From the human T2T-CHM13v2.0 reference genome, Homo sapiens, in NCBI RefSeq assembly GCF_009914755.1, contig NC_060926.1: DNA of 64,000 nucleotides; one strand, 5' to 3'. Shown piece after piece: positions 25,906 to 42,517 of the stretch. The notes beneath the pieces are model-generated. The model made no database searches. It was not told the origin of the DNA and saw only the letters and a program-made list of their open reading frames with translations. Made by a program: the position numbers and the translations under genes. Each line of letters begins with the position of its first letter. The stretch's first letter is position 1.

Positions 25906-28054
25906 TCAGGATGTCCAGATTCCAACCCTGCACTAGATTTATGACCTTTGGCTAGTTCCTTAACATCTCTTAGTCACAAGATAAAATTTTCAGTTTAACA
26001 GGGTGATTGCAAAGATTAAATAAGATGGTATGTACTGAAAAAGCTTAAAGAAAATATGTAAATACCTGGAAGTCTATATAGGAAATACATTTTGTAAAAG
26101 TAGTAAAACTGGATCTGCAGTCACTGATATTGCCCAAAAATTAATTTAGCATGATGTAAAGCATTAGAGTTTTGAGTCTAGTCTATGTTTGTATAAAGTT
26201 AGCTGGTTATAAGAAAAATTATAATCTACAAATCTCTCCATTTCCCCAGCCCCCTTCCCTTTCTCTCTCTCTTGTTCTTCCCTCTTCAGTCTCCCTTCCC
26301 CAGAAGTAGTAACTATTAGTTAAGGCTGTGGGACAGTCAGACTAGAGCTGTCAGGTGGATCCTGGTATGAAAACAGCCATCAAAGATAAGGAATCTGTAT
26401 AAAGCTTGAAGACCAAAGAGAGGAGTTGGGTATCCCACTAAAATACCAGCCAACCTTTTAGCATTGGCATTAAATTTAAAAATCAGATCACTTCCAAGTG
26501 CCAAATACATAATTTTACTTGCTTCCCCTTTCTCCTCAGATTCTCAGATGGTGGAGATTTGGCATTTCTTTAAGTTTCTGCTCCATAGAAACTGAAAGTC
26601 ATGGCCCTAAGATCTGCCTTCTGAAGAGGGTGACAAGTACATAGGCTGTACCTGACTAACCTGGGTCTGGATCCCAGATCTTCCTACTGACAAGCTCAGT
26701 TACCTTGAATAAGTTACTTCCCCACTCTGAGTCTCAGAGGTGAAATGATGTTCTAAATCAGAGGATTAGCCACGTATTACCAGGTAGCAAAGGTACCAGC
26801 GTGTGTCCACTAGTGCCTAGGCAAGGCCTGCCAAGTGATTCCAAAATGGCTAACTTGGGGAGGAGAGCTGGGGTCTTCTCCCGAGAAATGGACAGGTCTG
26901 TAGTCTAGGAAACAAAACCTATAAAGAAAAAAAAAGCTAGGAGGAAGTTATCAATCAGTGAAAAGTATCTAATGGAAGGCAAATCTCCTCCTTAAAAGAA
27001 AGGGAACTGGAGAGGGTATGACATTCCCAAAAGCACAACTGAGAAACTTGGAAAGCCCAAGTCAAGGGGCACTGGCCCTGGCCCTGGAACTTCCAGCGAC
27101 ACGCCTGCCGTTAGCATGGCTGTGCCCTCCACTGACCACCGATTGGCACTCTGAGCCAGGGGAGAAATTTGCTGAAAAGCAATTCCAAACAACCCAGGGG
27201 TTTCCAGCAAAAGACTTATGCTGAAGCTCAGCTTTCTGACAGCAGGGAGAGCCCAATGCAGACAGGATTGCTGGCGTTTCATTGTATGATCCTCACATCT
27301 CTTCCACCCCCAAACTGCAAGGCTACCGTGTCCTCTTCCCTGGCACCACTCCTATACCCTAACAGCCCACAGATGCATATTGGAGAATAACCACATCTAT
27401 TTTAATTTAAACCATGGCAAAGGTAAAAATCAAATCAAGGTGTTTGTGTTTTCTCCCCCTGGGAAGAAGCAAGCACTCTGTAACACACATAGCCTTGTTT
27501 CGGCACAGATGTCAGGAATGCAGAGCCTGTAAATCTGCCCAGGCAGTTCTGTTCTTGAATCATTAAGAACAACCGAGTGGGTGGAACAAGAACATGAAAT
27601 TGCTGTGTGCACTCATGTTTTGTTTATGGAGCAATCATTTCTAGATGTGTTTTCTTTTTTTTATGAAGAATCTTTTCTATGTTTGCCTTTTAACACCCCA
27701 CCTTCCTTCCTGTCCCCAGCTCTCCCACACCCACTAAAAAGAAATATTGAGAGCATTACAAAAATCTCTGTGAATTTAAAGAATGGGTTACATTAAATGT
27801 CTCTCTAAAGCAATTCCATTTATTTAGTCAAAATAAATGATTTAGTAATATGAATAACACAGGTAACAGTTGAATATCAACAGTGTGTTTGTTTAAAAAG
27901 CTCATAACAACTGTTCCCTAATCATAAAAATCACTTTCCTTTTTCCACCATTGTGCAATGAGAACCTTGTTAACCCAGTGAATTGAAAGTTCTTGTGATG
28001 CTAATTATCAGCAGTATTTAATTAGTGGCTTATGTATCTGCCACAAGATTCTTC

Positions 28055-28190
28055 ACTTCACTGAGCCTCAGTTTATCTATAAAATGGGAATGATATCTAC
28101 TTTGTGAGGATTGAGTTTATTCATATGAATGCCTAGGACACAGTAAGCACTCATTAAACTGCAGCAGTTACTGTTATTACTAGTAGTTGC
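28055..28190 (+). mobile_element. MIR
   Basis: ctgagcctcagtttatctataaaatggga core. Confidence 0.75.
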
Positions 28191-29782
28191 AGCAACTGAG
28201 CAGACTGGATGGAGTAGGATTTTGCCAAATCTTATCAATCCTCTTCTCCAGTAGACCCCAACCTTGGCACATAGCAAGCACCCAGTAAATGGTAGCTCTT
28301 AGACTTACCAAGTCAATAACAACTCCAGTTAGTGCCCCAGGCTTCTCACATCCCCAGCAGTTTCCGTCCATCTCCCGACCTCCCTGGCTGCTTTCCCCAC
28401 CGCTCCCAGAAGGGAAGTGTGTGGTAGCTCTGCTGCTGTGTTTACCATTCTGGGCGGGTCTCACTTTATTGTGTTTTCTCCCACTGTTTTTGGCTTCCCT
28501 GCATTGTCCTGCCTGGCACACGCCCCAGCCATGTTCTCTGTGGCCTATCACCGTGATGTCCTCCTGTTTTGGGCATCTGCTTGCTGCTACAGGCAGAACA
28601 TGGTGGCATCAGGTGGCTTTAAAAGAGGGAGAGATTGCATTAAATTTTTTCTCAGGAAAATGAGCTTGGTTTAAAAAAAAAAAAAAAAGTGTTCCATGGA
28701 ACAGATCTAATAACTTAGCTCCCTAATAATTTTTCCTCTGCTTGCTTTAATTGCAAAGGATTCTTCCACAAACAGTGGAGTATTATTGCTTTTCAGTAGG
28801 CTAATGAGACTGCCTGTACATAGTGTTTTTCAGGCTTTACCCCCAACACGAAAAGGCACCAAGGAAACTTCCCCAGCAAGGACAGGGCTGGTCCTAGAGA
28901 AGACCTAGGAGACTCAGTGGGTGCCATGGGCCTTCAAATCATGCTTTCCCCAGGAGGGTCTTACAAGTCTCCACAAGAGGCACTTTGCCTTTTGTTCTGA
29001 AAGCCTGCCCAGCCAGCACTTAGTGTCCAGGACAAGGTCTTAACCACAGCAATCCAAACCAGGTTACCAGGCCTACTTTCTTCAGGCTCTGGGACTGCCA
29101 GGGGCTGTCCATCTCCAGCTAAGCACACTCTAGGAGCTGATCAAATTAGAGAGCTGGGGGAGGGGTGGTATAGACTCTTCTAAGAGAGCTGTAATGCTGT
29201 CAATCAACTAGCACTTAATTTCCGGTGGGTTGTAAAAGTGCCATGTATCCTGCAAGCTTCAGGGTGAGTAGCCCGGTAGGATTCTAAGTTAAATGATGCG
29301 AGAAGAATAACTCTTGGTGAGGATTTTGCACCTCAGAATTAAAAACAAAGCAAAAAAGACCAAACCTATATTGATTGCAAATATTGTGGGAAGGAATTTC
29401 TTTCCAATCTATTTCCATTAAATTCCCTTGATGACATCACATGTCACCTGAGTTGACAGCCACTGGAGGCCTGCAACTGTTCAGCACCCATCATGGGCAC
29501 AAATGGAACTTTGCTACCATGCCCTTATGGGGCTGGGCCTCTGCAGGCTGCTCAGTTTTGACACTGTCGTGCCCGTAAGGGGATGGTCCCCAGGGAAAAT
29601 GGATAGAGTCAGCTGAAAAGGTAATGGGGTGGATGGAACTGGGGCAGTTAGGAGGGGACAGCAGCAGTGGCCCTGGAACAGTGAGGCAGTTGGTGGAAGG
29701 AGGCCGGAGGCTGGTCTGCTGCCATCAGACATTTATACCATCTCCTGGCCTTGCAGAACTCTGATTCAGAAAATCATGGGGT

Positions 29783-30090
29783 GGCCGGGTACGGTGGCTC
29801 ACGCCTGTAATCCCAGCACTTTGGGAGGCTGAGGCGGGTGGATCATGAGGTCAGGAGATAGAAACCATCCTGGCTAACACGGTGAAACCCCGTCTCTACT
29901 AAAAGTACAAAAAATTAGCTGGGTGTGGTGGCGGGCACCTGTAGTCCCAGCTACTCAGCAGGCTGAGGCAGGAGAATCATTTGAACCCAGGAGGCAGAGG
30001 TTGAAGTGAGCCGAGATCGCGCCACTGCGCTCCAGTCTGGGCAACAGAGCGAGACGCCATCTCAAAAAAAAAGAAAAAGAAAAAAAAGAA
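29783..30090 (+). mobile_element. AluS/Y element
   Basis: Full dimer; TSD agaaaatcatgggg. Confidence 0.9.
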
Positions 30091-30258
30091 AATCATGGGG
30101 AACTTTTCATTTCTAAGAAAGGCCATGAAATAAAGAAACAACATCATGTAACCCTGTAGAAGGAGCATTGGTGTTAAATTCCTTACAGGATGCAAAAATG
30201 CTGTTCAATAAGTTTTACCAAAAATGCACAGTTAAATTCAACAATAAAAGTAGATGAG

Positions 30259-30445
30259 CAGTGCTGTCCAATAGAATGTTCTCTGATGATGGTCATGTTC
30301 TGTGCCTGTGCTGGCCGGTATGGTGGCCACCATCCACATGTGGCTACTGAGCCTTTGGAATGTGTCTAGTGCAACTGAAGAACTGAATTTTTAATTTAAT
30401 TTTAACATAGCCACATACAGCTAGTGGCTATATTGGATAACACAG
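30259..30445. mobile_element. MER3-like hAT-Charlie DNA transposon
   Basis: cagtgctgtccaatagaa...ttggataacacag termini and typical internal motifs. Confidence 0.75.
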
Positions 30446-30459
30446 GTGTAAGGAGATTA

Positions 30460-30830
<371 letters not shown>

Positions 30831-32469
30831 TAAGGCCAAAAACAAAAAAAAAGAAGAAGAAGGAACTCCACCTTATTTGCTAATGAGTTCAGACTACAGG
30901 AGTAAAATAATTTCAATTTGTTTTGAAAAGTGCTTTATTTCCTGTCTAAATGTTGAACCATAATAGCTTCTCTTTTTTATAATTTCAGTGGGGAAAATAC
31001 CATTATATGCTTCTGGAGATTAGAAGTACCATCCTCAGCATGTGCCCACCATTAATAGCTTCATCTTTTAGCCACATAGGGTTTTTGCCTCTGTAGGCTT
31101 CTAACATATTACGGTTTTTATAGCCAGAGGCATAGGCAAGTTCTTCTATTGCTAATGACAGGTCCGTTTCTCACCCTAATTTAGGCAACCACTCTATCCA
31201 ACAGTTCACTGCATTTCAACATTTCTGATTTGTGACGTGGCGACTTATTCCTCTGAGAAATGTTTCGCATGCTGCTGCTTGTTCAGCAACCAGTTCATAT
31301 TCGCAGATCTGAGCGCCATCCCTGGGCCTGGGTGAATCCCCTGAAGATAAAGTGGCCTCTGTCCTGAGACGGTGGGCACCAGGGAAGGAGCAGTACACAA
31401 GTCTTTCTGGCTGCCCACTCACAGCCCAATCTCCCAGCAAGCCCCGCGGAGCAGGCCCTGAAGCCCTGGTCTCACCCCTTGCAAGGGGCAAAGGTCAAGC
31501 CAAGGGGTCACAGGTAAGGGGAAGCAAAGTGTTTTTAAGCAGGGCACAGGTGGGCAGCAGCAGACCAAGCTCTGGGAAGAAGGGGAGGAAGAGGGAGATG
31601 AGACTTTTCAGGTTAAGAACAAACAAGGGAAAGATTCAGTAAGCAGGCAGCTGGGAGCCACATGTCTGGGCCAAACAACAAGCTTTTAAAAATCCATAAA
31701 GGGCAAGCACTGCATAACAGCGCTCTCTGATGTCAGAGTTCTGCCCTGGCCTTGTGAAAAGCACCAAGGACTCACCCTGCAGCAGCCAGTCCCTAAATAG
31801 TGGGGTGGGGGCTGGTATATCCCAGGCAGCTGGAGGGTGCACAGAGCAGATGCACCAGACCAGGCTCTGCAGGCCTGGACAGGCAGCTCAGCCAGGCCTG
31901 CTTCATTGATATAGGCTCCTAATGAGCAGGATAAACACCATTTGGGGCCATTTGCTGTGAAATGGGCTGGGGTGTATGAGAAATTAGCCTTGTATGGGCA
32001 TAAAACACACATATCAGCAGAAAATAATGTGCTGGAAAAGTTTAAATTGAAGACATGCCATTCTGAGTGTGCAGAGGCGTTAATGCTTATGTAATTAATC
32101 ATTTCATATGTGAAGATTGGGATTTTTTTTCCCTTTTAATTAATTAGCCAGTAGACTCATTATAGTACATTTTTCATGTCAAAAAGGCAGTGGGTTCTAA
32201 GAAAAGGGAGGGGGGCTGTAGGGGAGAAGTGACAGTGTGTTATAGTGTGATGTGGAAAGTGCAGGGAACCACCATCCCTGCTCAGAAGAATCCCTGTGGA
32301 GGGTGCAGAAATCCAGAACTGAGCAAAATGCTTTTGACTTATTCAAGTCCCATGAATGCAAGACTGCTGGTGCTCACATTTCCCAGAACCTGCATTTAGC
32401 TCCTTTCCAAGAGCTGCTGCCTACTCAGCTAATCTGTCTGTCTTTTACTAGAAAGAGGATGCAGCAAGA

Positions 32470-32680
32470 GGGCTAAAGGTTAGACTCTGAAGCCAACCAG
32501 CCAGATTCCATCCCTGACTGCACCTTATCAGCTCGAGACTTTGAACAAGGAACTTAACCTTTTTAGGCCTCAGTTGCCTTCTGTGTACAATGCAGATGAC
32601 AGTACCTACCTCAGGGTTATTGAGAAAATAAAATAATATATTAATAAATTGCTTACCTGACACATATTGAAGACTCAAAA
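32470..32680 (+). mobile_element. MIR
   Basis: cttaacctttttaggcctcagtt...agtacctacctcagggttattgag. Confidence 0.75.
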
Positions 32681-32741
32681 ATGATAGACTTTATTACTAG
32701 AAGAGCTGCACTTCTTTGTGGAACAGAACACCACCCTTGAC

Positions 32742-32970
32742 TTTTTTTTTTTCTGGGTTTTTTGGTTTTTTTTTTTTTGAGGCAGTCTTGCTCTGTTGCC
32801 CAGGCTGGAGTGCTGTGGCATGATCTCTGCTCACCACAACCTCCACCTCCCAGGTTCAAGTGATTCTCATGCCTCAGCCTCCTGAGTAGCTAGGATTACA
32901 GGCGTGTGCCACCACGCCCAGCTAATTTTTGTATTTTTTGGATTACAGGTGTGAGCCACCACGCTTGGCT
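32742..32970 (-). mobile_element. AluS element with internal deletion
   Basis: Most of the left monomer is missing. Confidence 0.85.
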
Positions 32971-33003
32971 TATCTACCCTTGACTTCTCCAAAAAGACAA
33001 AGC

Positions 33004-33005
<2 letters not shown>

Positions 33006-33043
<38 letters not shown>
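33006..33043. repeat. (TG)19 microsatellite
   Basis: Direct read. Confidence 0.95.
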
Positions 33044-33044
<1 letters not shown>

Positions 33045-33047
<3 letters not shown>

Positions 33048-33260
33048 AAAATACATATAACCATTTTAGCCATTTTTAAGTACACAGGTCAGTGGCCTTA
33101 AGAATATTATCGTACAACCATCACCACTATCCATTTCCAGAACTTTTTTATCTTCCCCAACTGAAACTCTGTACTCATAAACACCAATTCTTTATTTCCC
33201 CCTCCTCCCAGCCCCTGGCAACCACCATTTTACTTTCTGTATCTATGAATTTAATACTTA
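33045..33260 (-). mobile_element. L1MB-like 3' end
   Basis: ccatttccagaactttttta...cccagcccctggcaaccacc. Confidence 0.75.
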
Positions 33261-33261
33261 G

Positions 33262-33563
<302 letters not shown>

Positions 33564-33968
33564 ATGCTTACCTTTTAAATGTTTGTCTCCTCCTCTGGAG
33601 GGTTAGCTCATGAAAGGAGGGACTGTGTCTCTCTTGCCTGGTACAGAGCAGGAGCTCAGTAAATATTTGTGAAGCAAATGGATGAATTGCATCTCTGCAT
33701 TTCCACTTGAAGGGCTTAGTTCTTCCTCCACATGTTTTCTCTCAGACATAGGTCCAGACTCCACCTCTGACTTCTCTCTCTTCTCTACCTTTATCCTGTC
33801 TGTTTCCTACTTTTTTCACAGAAGTGTCTCTCCTAACCTTCTTCTTTTCCCTGGCTGGCCCTTAGCCCTGGGCTACTCCACCTGTGCCCAAGACTGTAGT
33901 CCCTTCCCCTCCAATTTACCCCCAAACCTTTTTCATCAAGTCCTCTTTCCCCACATTTTCCCCCATTA

Positions 33969-34307
<339 letters not shown>

Positions 34308-34476
34308 CTATCAAGTCTGAATTTTTTTTTTGGTCTAATTTTCTAAGTCCTAAAAAAATGTAGATTTACAGGGTTTTTTAAATATTAACTCTTGACACTC
34401 AAATTTATTGAGGGTCCGGAGGAATCTATACTCACTTTATATAGTTCTGGTATTCATTCTGGAATTTAAAACCTTA

Positions 34477-34892
<416 letters not shown>

Positions 34893-35059
34893 TTAAAAAG
34901 GTACAAATAAACTATCTGATCAAAAATAGGCAATTGATAAATAAATTATGATACATTTGCAAAATGAGTACTTTGAACCCATTACAAAGTTATGCTGTAG
35001 TAGAATTCTTGCTATTGGAAAACTTTATTAACACACTGATACATTTTTATCTAAAGAGG

Positions 35060-35490
35060 AGTATTAGTTAAGATACAGTTTCAAATGCTAAATCAAAAGT
35101 CAAAATGATAGTAGTTTAAACAAGATAGAAGTTAATGGACTGTAGGGCTGATGAGGGTCCACAGGGTCAGGGACCCAGGCTCCTCCCCTCCTGTCCCTCT
35201 GTCATCTGCCTCATGATCTCCAATGGCTGCTACAGCTCCTGTCATCACAGCCGTCAGGGGAGGAGAGAAGTGGGCATAGGGGGCAAGCCCCCATCCTTTA
35301 AGGGCATGAGCCAGAATTCCTACACATCCCTTCTGCTCACATCCATTAGCCAGAAATTAATCACACAGCCATGCCTCGCTGCAAGGGAGATGAGAAAATG
35401 GATGCTATGCCCAGTGAGAGTAAAGATCTTTGATTACAAAAGGACTCAGGTTGAGTGGCCTGGAGAATAACAAGCAGCCTCTCCCACAGC
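35060..35490 (-). mobile_element. Old MaLR LTR (MLT1J/K-like)
   Basis: gtttaaacaagatagaagtt, gtcagggacccaggctcc, gctgcaagggag motifs. Confidence 0.55.
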
Positions 35491-35934
35491 AGACAGCAAA
35501 CGGCGCATGTACAGTATGACATATGCCAAAAATTTTCAGCAGTGATCATCTCTAAATGGTGATTTTTCTGTTTGGTTTTTGCTTTTCTGTACAAATACTC
35601 TAATGAACATGTACTACCTTTGAAGTCAAGGCAAAAAACGTTACCATATTTCCTCTCTAATTATTCCAGTCTCCCTGAACTTCTGCTTCATTTCCTGCCA
35701 CGCCAGGGTCTTTGCAGTGCTGGCACAGCCCTGGCTCATTTGGCCTCAGAGTCTTTTAATCATGCTGTCCCTAGGGCCCCGAGTGCTGCCTGACCCCCTC
35801 CCCCAGCATCCCCATTCAGTTCTCCTCCTTCAAGATCAGTTCAAGATCCATCCACCTGCACTCCTGCTTCTCCAGGAGAAGTTCCCCAACTGTCACAGGC
35901 TCTGGGCAGTCTTGTCTCAAAAGTAACCACATCA

Positions 35935-36229
<295 letters not shown>

Positions 36230-36990
36230 TTAACCACATCACATCCACATACGCAGTTTCGTACCTTTGTTAAGCCCTCTGCAGTCCACTTCCACCCCCT
36301 ACCACGGTGCCTTATGTAAGCCCCAAGACTGGAAGTGCCTGGAAGGCAGGTGGCTACATTACACTGCTGTGATCTTCCCACTGACTCCCCAGCTGACCCT
36401 GAACAGAGAGGCGGGGCCACAGACTGTTATTTCTGGCTTGCCTTTGTCAAAGACGATGCAATGGAACAGTAGAAGGGTTTCAGTTCAACTACTTATGGGT
36501 TACATCTCTTGGTCTGTGTTCCTTGAACCTATTAACCTATAAAGTTAAACATAGTTACAAATGTTACCGAGGTTGCTTTTAAAAAATATCTTTTTTTTTT
36601 ACAACAGCAACACAGTATAGGAATATTGAAAAATACAGAAAAATACAAAAATAAAAGCAAAACACCTATCCTTCCACCCCCTTATCCTCCCTTCTCATGT
36701 AAAGTAAAACATGTAAAGTAAAATAGGAATAGGAGAGATCCTCCCACTATCCCAGAGCTAAACTCTGTGAGTAAATGATTTGGCACAAACATGGAGAGAT
36801 TTGTTTCTATAGTTATACTAAATGTAATATCTTTCCATATTCATATCTGTAGCATCCATATAGTATCTATGTCTATATAGATATGGACATATTAAGTACT
36901 ATTTTTTCCAAAATAAAATGTTGTTATGCTGTTCTACAATTTTCCATTTTCTCAATGATATTTGTATGTCATCAAGGTCTTGCTCTCTTT

Positions 36991-37016
36991 ACACACACAC
37001 ACACACACACACACAC
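36991..37016. repeat. (AC)13 microsatellite
   Basis: Direct read. Confidence 0.95.
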
Positions 37017-37107
37017 TCTAATGCACATGTGCATGAGCACACTCGCCTTATCAATATATCCCATTTGTATGTGACATAATTTATTTTAAACAGGTTCCTA
37101 CTTATCA

Positions 37108-37446
<339 letters not shown>

Positions 37447-38179
37447 TGTGTGTGTGTGTGTGTGTGTGTGTATACATATGCCTTTGCACATATGCCTTTA
37501 CATTCTCTTACTAGAAGTGAGATTGCTGGGTTGGTAAAGATATGCATTTAAATTTTGAATTTTATTAGATACTGTCAAGTTATCCTCCAAAAAGGCTACA
37601 GCCATTTTCCCAGCCCCCCTTAGGCTATGTGGGCAGGCTGTAGGCTGCAGTGAGGAGTCCCAGTCCCCAGTACCATCCCCGTGTCTATGCCATCAGCTTA
37701 GCCTAAGCCTTATTTCCCAGTCAGTAATGAGGAGGCCAGAACCTACAGCAAAAGTTGCTGTGAGTAGGACATAGAAGGATCCACATCTCAAAGATGTTAC
37801 CACAGTGCCCAGGATGTAGTACTCACCTCACAAAGTCAGCTGCCATTATTATCTTTTAAATTTTAGCTAATCTGATAAGCAAAAAAGTCATATTTTATTG
37901 TTGTTTTAATTTGCATTTCTGGAATCACTAAAATGATTATGGCAACTTCTCCTGAGAGTGTTGCTGGCTTCCCCACGATGTATTATGTATTTGGCCAATA
38001 CGCCAATCTCATTACAGTGCTCTGCAGAGCCTCATCATACAGGCCTGTGCCCCAGACTGACCCAGAATAGACCCCTATTAGCCACAGCTGCACCCCCAGG
38101 GGGCCTGCCTCACTGTCCAGATCCCCTCTCCTTCACCTTCAAGGCCACACTGCGACTGGACTTTAAAGGGCAGGGATGC

Positions 38180-38550
<371 letters not shown>

Positions 38551-38610
38551 TCAGGAGGCCTAGAGACTCACGCCTACCCTTGATGGGACCACTGCTCAAG
38601 TCACCTATGG

Positions 38611-38918
38611 TAGAGTTGCCAGGCTTAGCAAACAGTAATACAGGATACTCTGTTAAATTTGAAGTTCAGAGTCAGGCATAGTGACACACCCTGTAGTCCC
38701 AGCTACTTGGGAGGCTGAGGTGGGGGGATTGCTTGAACTGGGGCAACATAGTGAGACCTCCTCCCCACTCATCTCTAAAAAAATAAGAAATTGAAATCAG
38801 TTAAACAAGGATAGCAATATTAGATGGGATATACTTATACTAAAGAAATTATTTTAAAACTATTCATTATCTGAATTCAAATTTAAGTGGGTGTGCTGTA
38901 TTTTATCTGGTAGCCCTA
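38611..38918. mobile_element. MER53-like DNA transposon interrupted by an Alu fragment (about 38670-38785)
   Basis: Inverted termini tagagttgccag / ctggtagcccta. Confidence 0.7.
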
Positions 38919-38952
38919 GTTACCAGCTACTTTAGGTTTTTTATTAATCTGC

Positions 38953-39765
<813 letters not shown>

Positions 39766-40712
39766 CCTGCCTGGTAACCTTCACACATTATATTGCTTCT
39801 ACTGCAAAAAACATTCTGAGTTCTAAACTCCAAAACCAACTTTCTTCCTCTATCTGCATAATAGCACTTGGCATATTCTATTGTGACTATTTTACATCCC
39901 TCTGTCTCTGTCTCCTGACTCATTTATCCCAGGCTGCCCTGTGCTTGGCACACAGTAGGCACCTGAGCCAATGATGATTGAATTAATATTAAATTGCAGA
40001 TTAGGGTGTACCTCTAACCATGTATTTATATTATGGAAGTGAACAAGAGAGAGTGTATTGGGTGGGAATGTGGACTTGGGAAGAGAGATGGGGTCAGGAC
40101 CAGAGAGCTGAGCAGCAAATGGAACACCGTGATCAGAGAGGCTCAGGTAGGAGAGAAAAGAATGAGGCAGAAGGAGATGAGCACCCCAAACTGTGACCCC
40201 TCCCTGGGTCCTAGGTGCAGACAGGGTACATTTAGGAGGTGGTTATGAAAGTAGCACACCCCGAGGCAAGGATCTGGGTGTAGGCATTTTGAGAGAGTAT
40301 CCCAGGTAGCTCAGTGAGGGAGCAGACCTGTTTACAGGTGACTGGAGTGGGGAGCCAGGGGGATATAGTGGGACACCAACATTATCTGCTCAACATGGTT
40401 ATTACTAGGAGGTGAAATGCAATGATGTATACCTTAACTTTATTTTGTAACATTTTTAAATTTTGCAATTAAGAATACTTCCATTTTGTAAAAATATATA
40501 TATATAGGTAATTGTAGGAAATATTCATGCCTCACCATTCAAAGTCCAATGCTGTGGCTAGGCTTCTCAAGAAAGATTGCTTTTCAACCTCCAAGACAGC
40601 TGCCACCTTTGACTCTCCTAATCTGATACATGTACAGAAAACACCCGTTGGCATTTCTGATTTGGGTTCACTAAAATTATCCTCTTTCCCCACCCCTTTC
40701 CTTGTCATGGTC

Positions 40713-41016
40713 TTTTTTTCTTTTCTTTTCTTTTTGAGACAGAGTCTCGCTCTGTCGGCCAGGTTGGAGTGTAGTGGCATGATCTCAGCTCCCTGCAACC
40801 TCTGTCTCCCGGGCTCAAGCAACTCTCCTGCCTCAGCCTCCTAAGTAGCTGAGTTTACAGGCGTGTGTCACCACACCCGGCTAATTTTTGTATTTTTAGT
40901 AGAGACAGAGTTTCACCATGTTGGCCAGGCTGGTCTTGAACTCCTGACCTCAGGTAATCTGACCGCCTTGGCCTCCCAAAGTGCCGGAATTACAGGCGTA
41001 AGCCACCGCGCCTGCC
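40713..41016 (-). mobile_element. AluS element
   Basis: Full reverse dimer. Confidence 0.9.
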
Positions 41017-42089
41017 TGCTTGTCATGATCTTTAACCAGTTATCAGTTTCCAGTCACAGTACATCAGGGTCCATCTCTGATCATTAATGGTTTCCTCTCA
41101 AAAGAATATAAATCCCAGTCATTATAAATTCATCAAGTTCATTCTGTTAGGATGAACTTTTGTTTCCCTTTATGTTCTTGTTTCAATGAATTTTGTGTTC
41201 TTTGGCTGTTTACAGACCATGTGTATACCATATCTGCGTTCATTCTTTGGTCTTTGAGTTGGGATCATGAAGGGAAAAAGGGCCATAGAAAGCTATCATA
41301 GGTGACAAGACCTTTCTGAGTGTGAAGAGCTCAAGCGGGCTGCCAGGCTTCACTGTGGGGTCCATGATGACAAGATCGCTGGTCCCTGCCAGCCATCCCT
41401 AGGGCTGCTCCCAGGTGCAAATCCAGGATAGCAGTCCTCCCAAGACATCCCAGTTTGGGTGGATATGGGTTGGTGGATTAAACCAGAAAGTCTGCAACTC
41501 AGAGGCACTGGAGTCACCTGTCTAGTTTCTTGATGCGAAAGAGAAAGAATATGGAAATTTTCTCTTCACTCATTCACCCCACGGATTCTTGTTAAGGGTC
41601 TATTATGGGCAGGCACTGTGCTAAGTGCCCAATCAGAGATTAAATGTGAATTATTTTCCCCCAAAGGAATAAAATGCATGATGCCTGCGATGCTATCTGG
41701 TCAGCCCAGAAATGGAACAAGTAAGAGGTGAAGAGGAAACAGACAGAAAAGGGAAGAGGGAGCAAATAATCCCCACCCACGACAAACACTGGGGCCACAG
41801 CCCATAGCCAGCTGGCTGACCAGTGGTGACTGACAAAGTTGGAAGCACATGGCATCTCGTTCCATCAAAAACCTTCAGGAACACAGTGTTTCCATAAGCA
41901 AGCATCACACACACTCACAGTCCGGAATGCTCTGCTAGCTTACCACATACAGTGGATTTTTGTTTACTTTGGAAAATCTAAATTTGAATCTAGAATCTCA
42001 TCACAAGGCCTGCCTCGCAGACACTGGGCCCTGTCACGCGTATGTCCCTAATGCAGCAGGGGCGGAGTGGGGGGAGGCCAGCCCACTAA

Positions 42090-42517
<428 letters not shown>

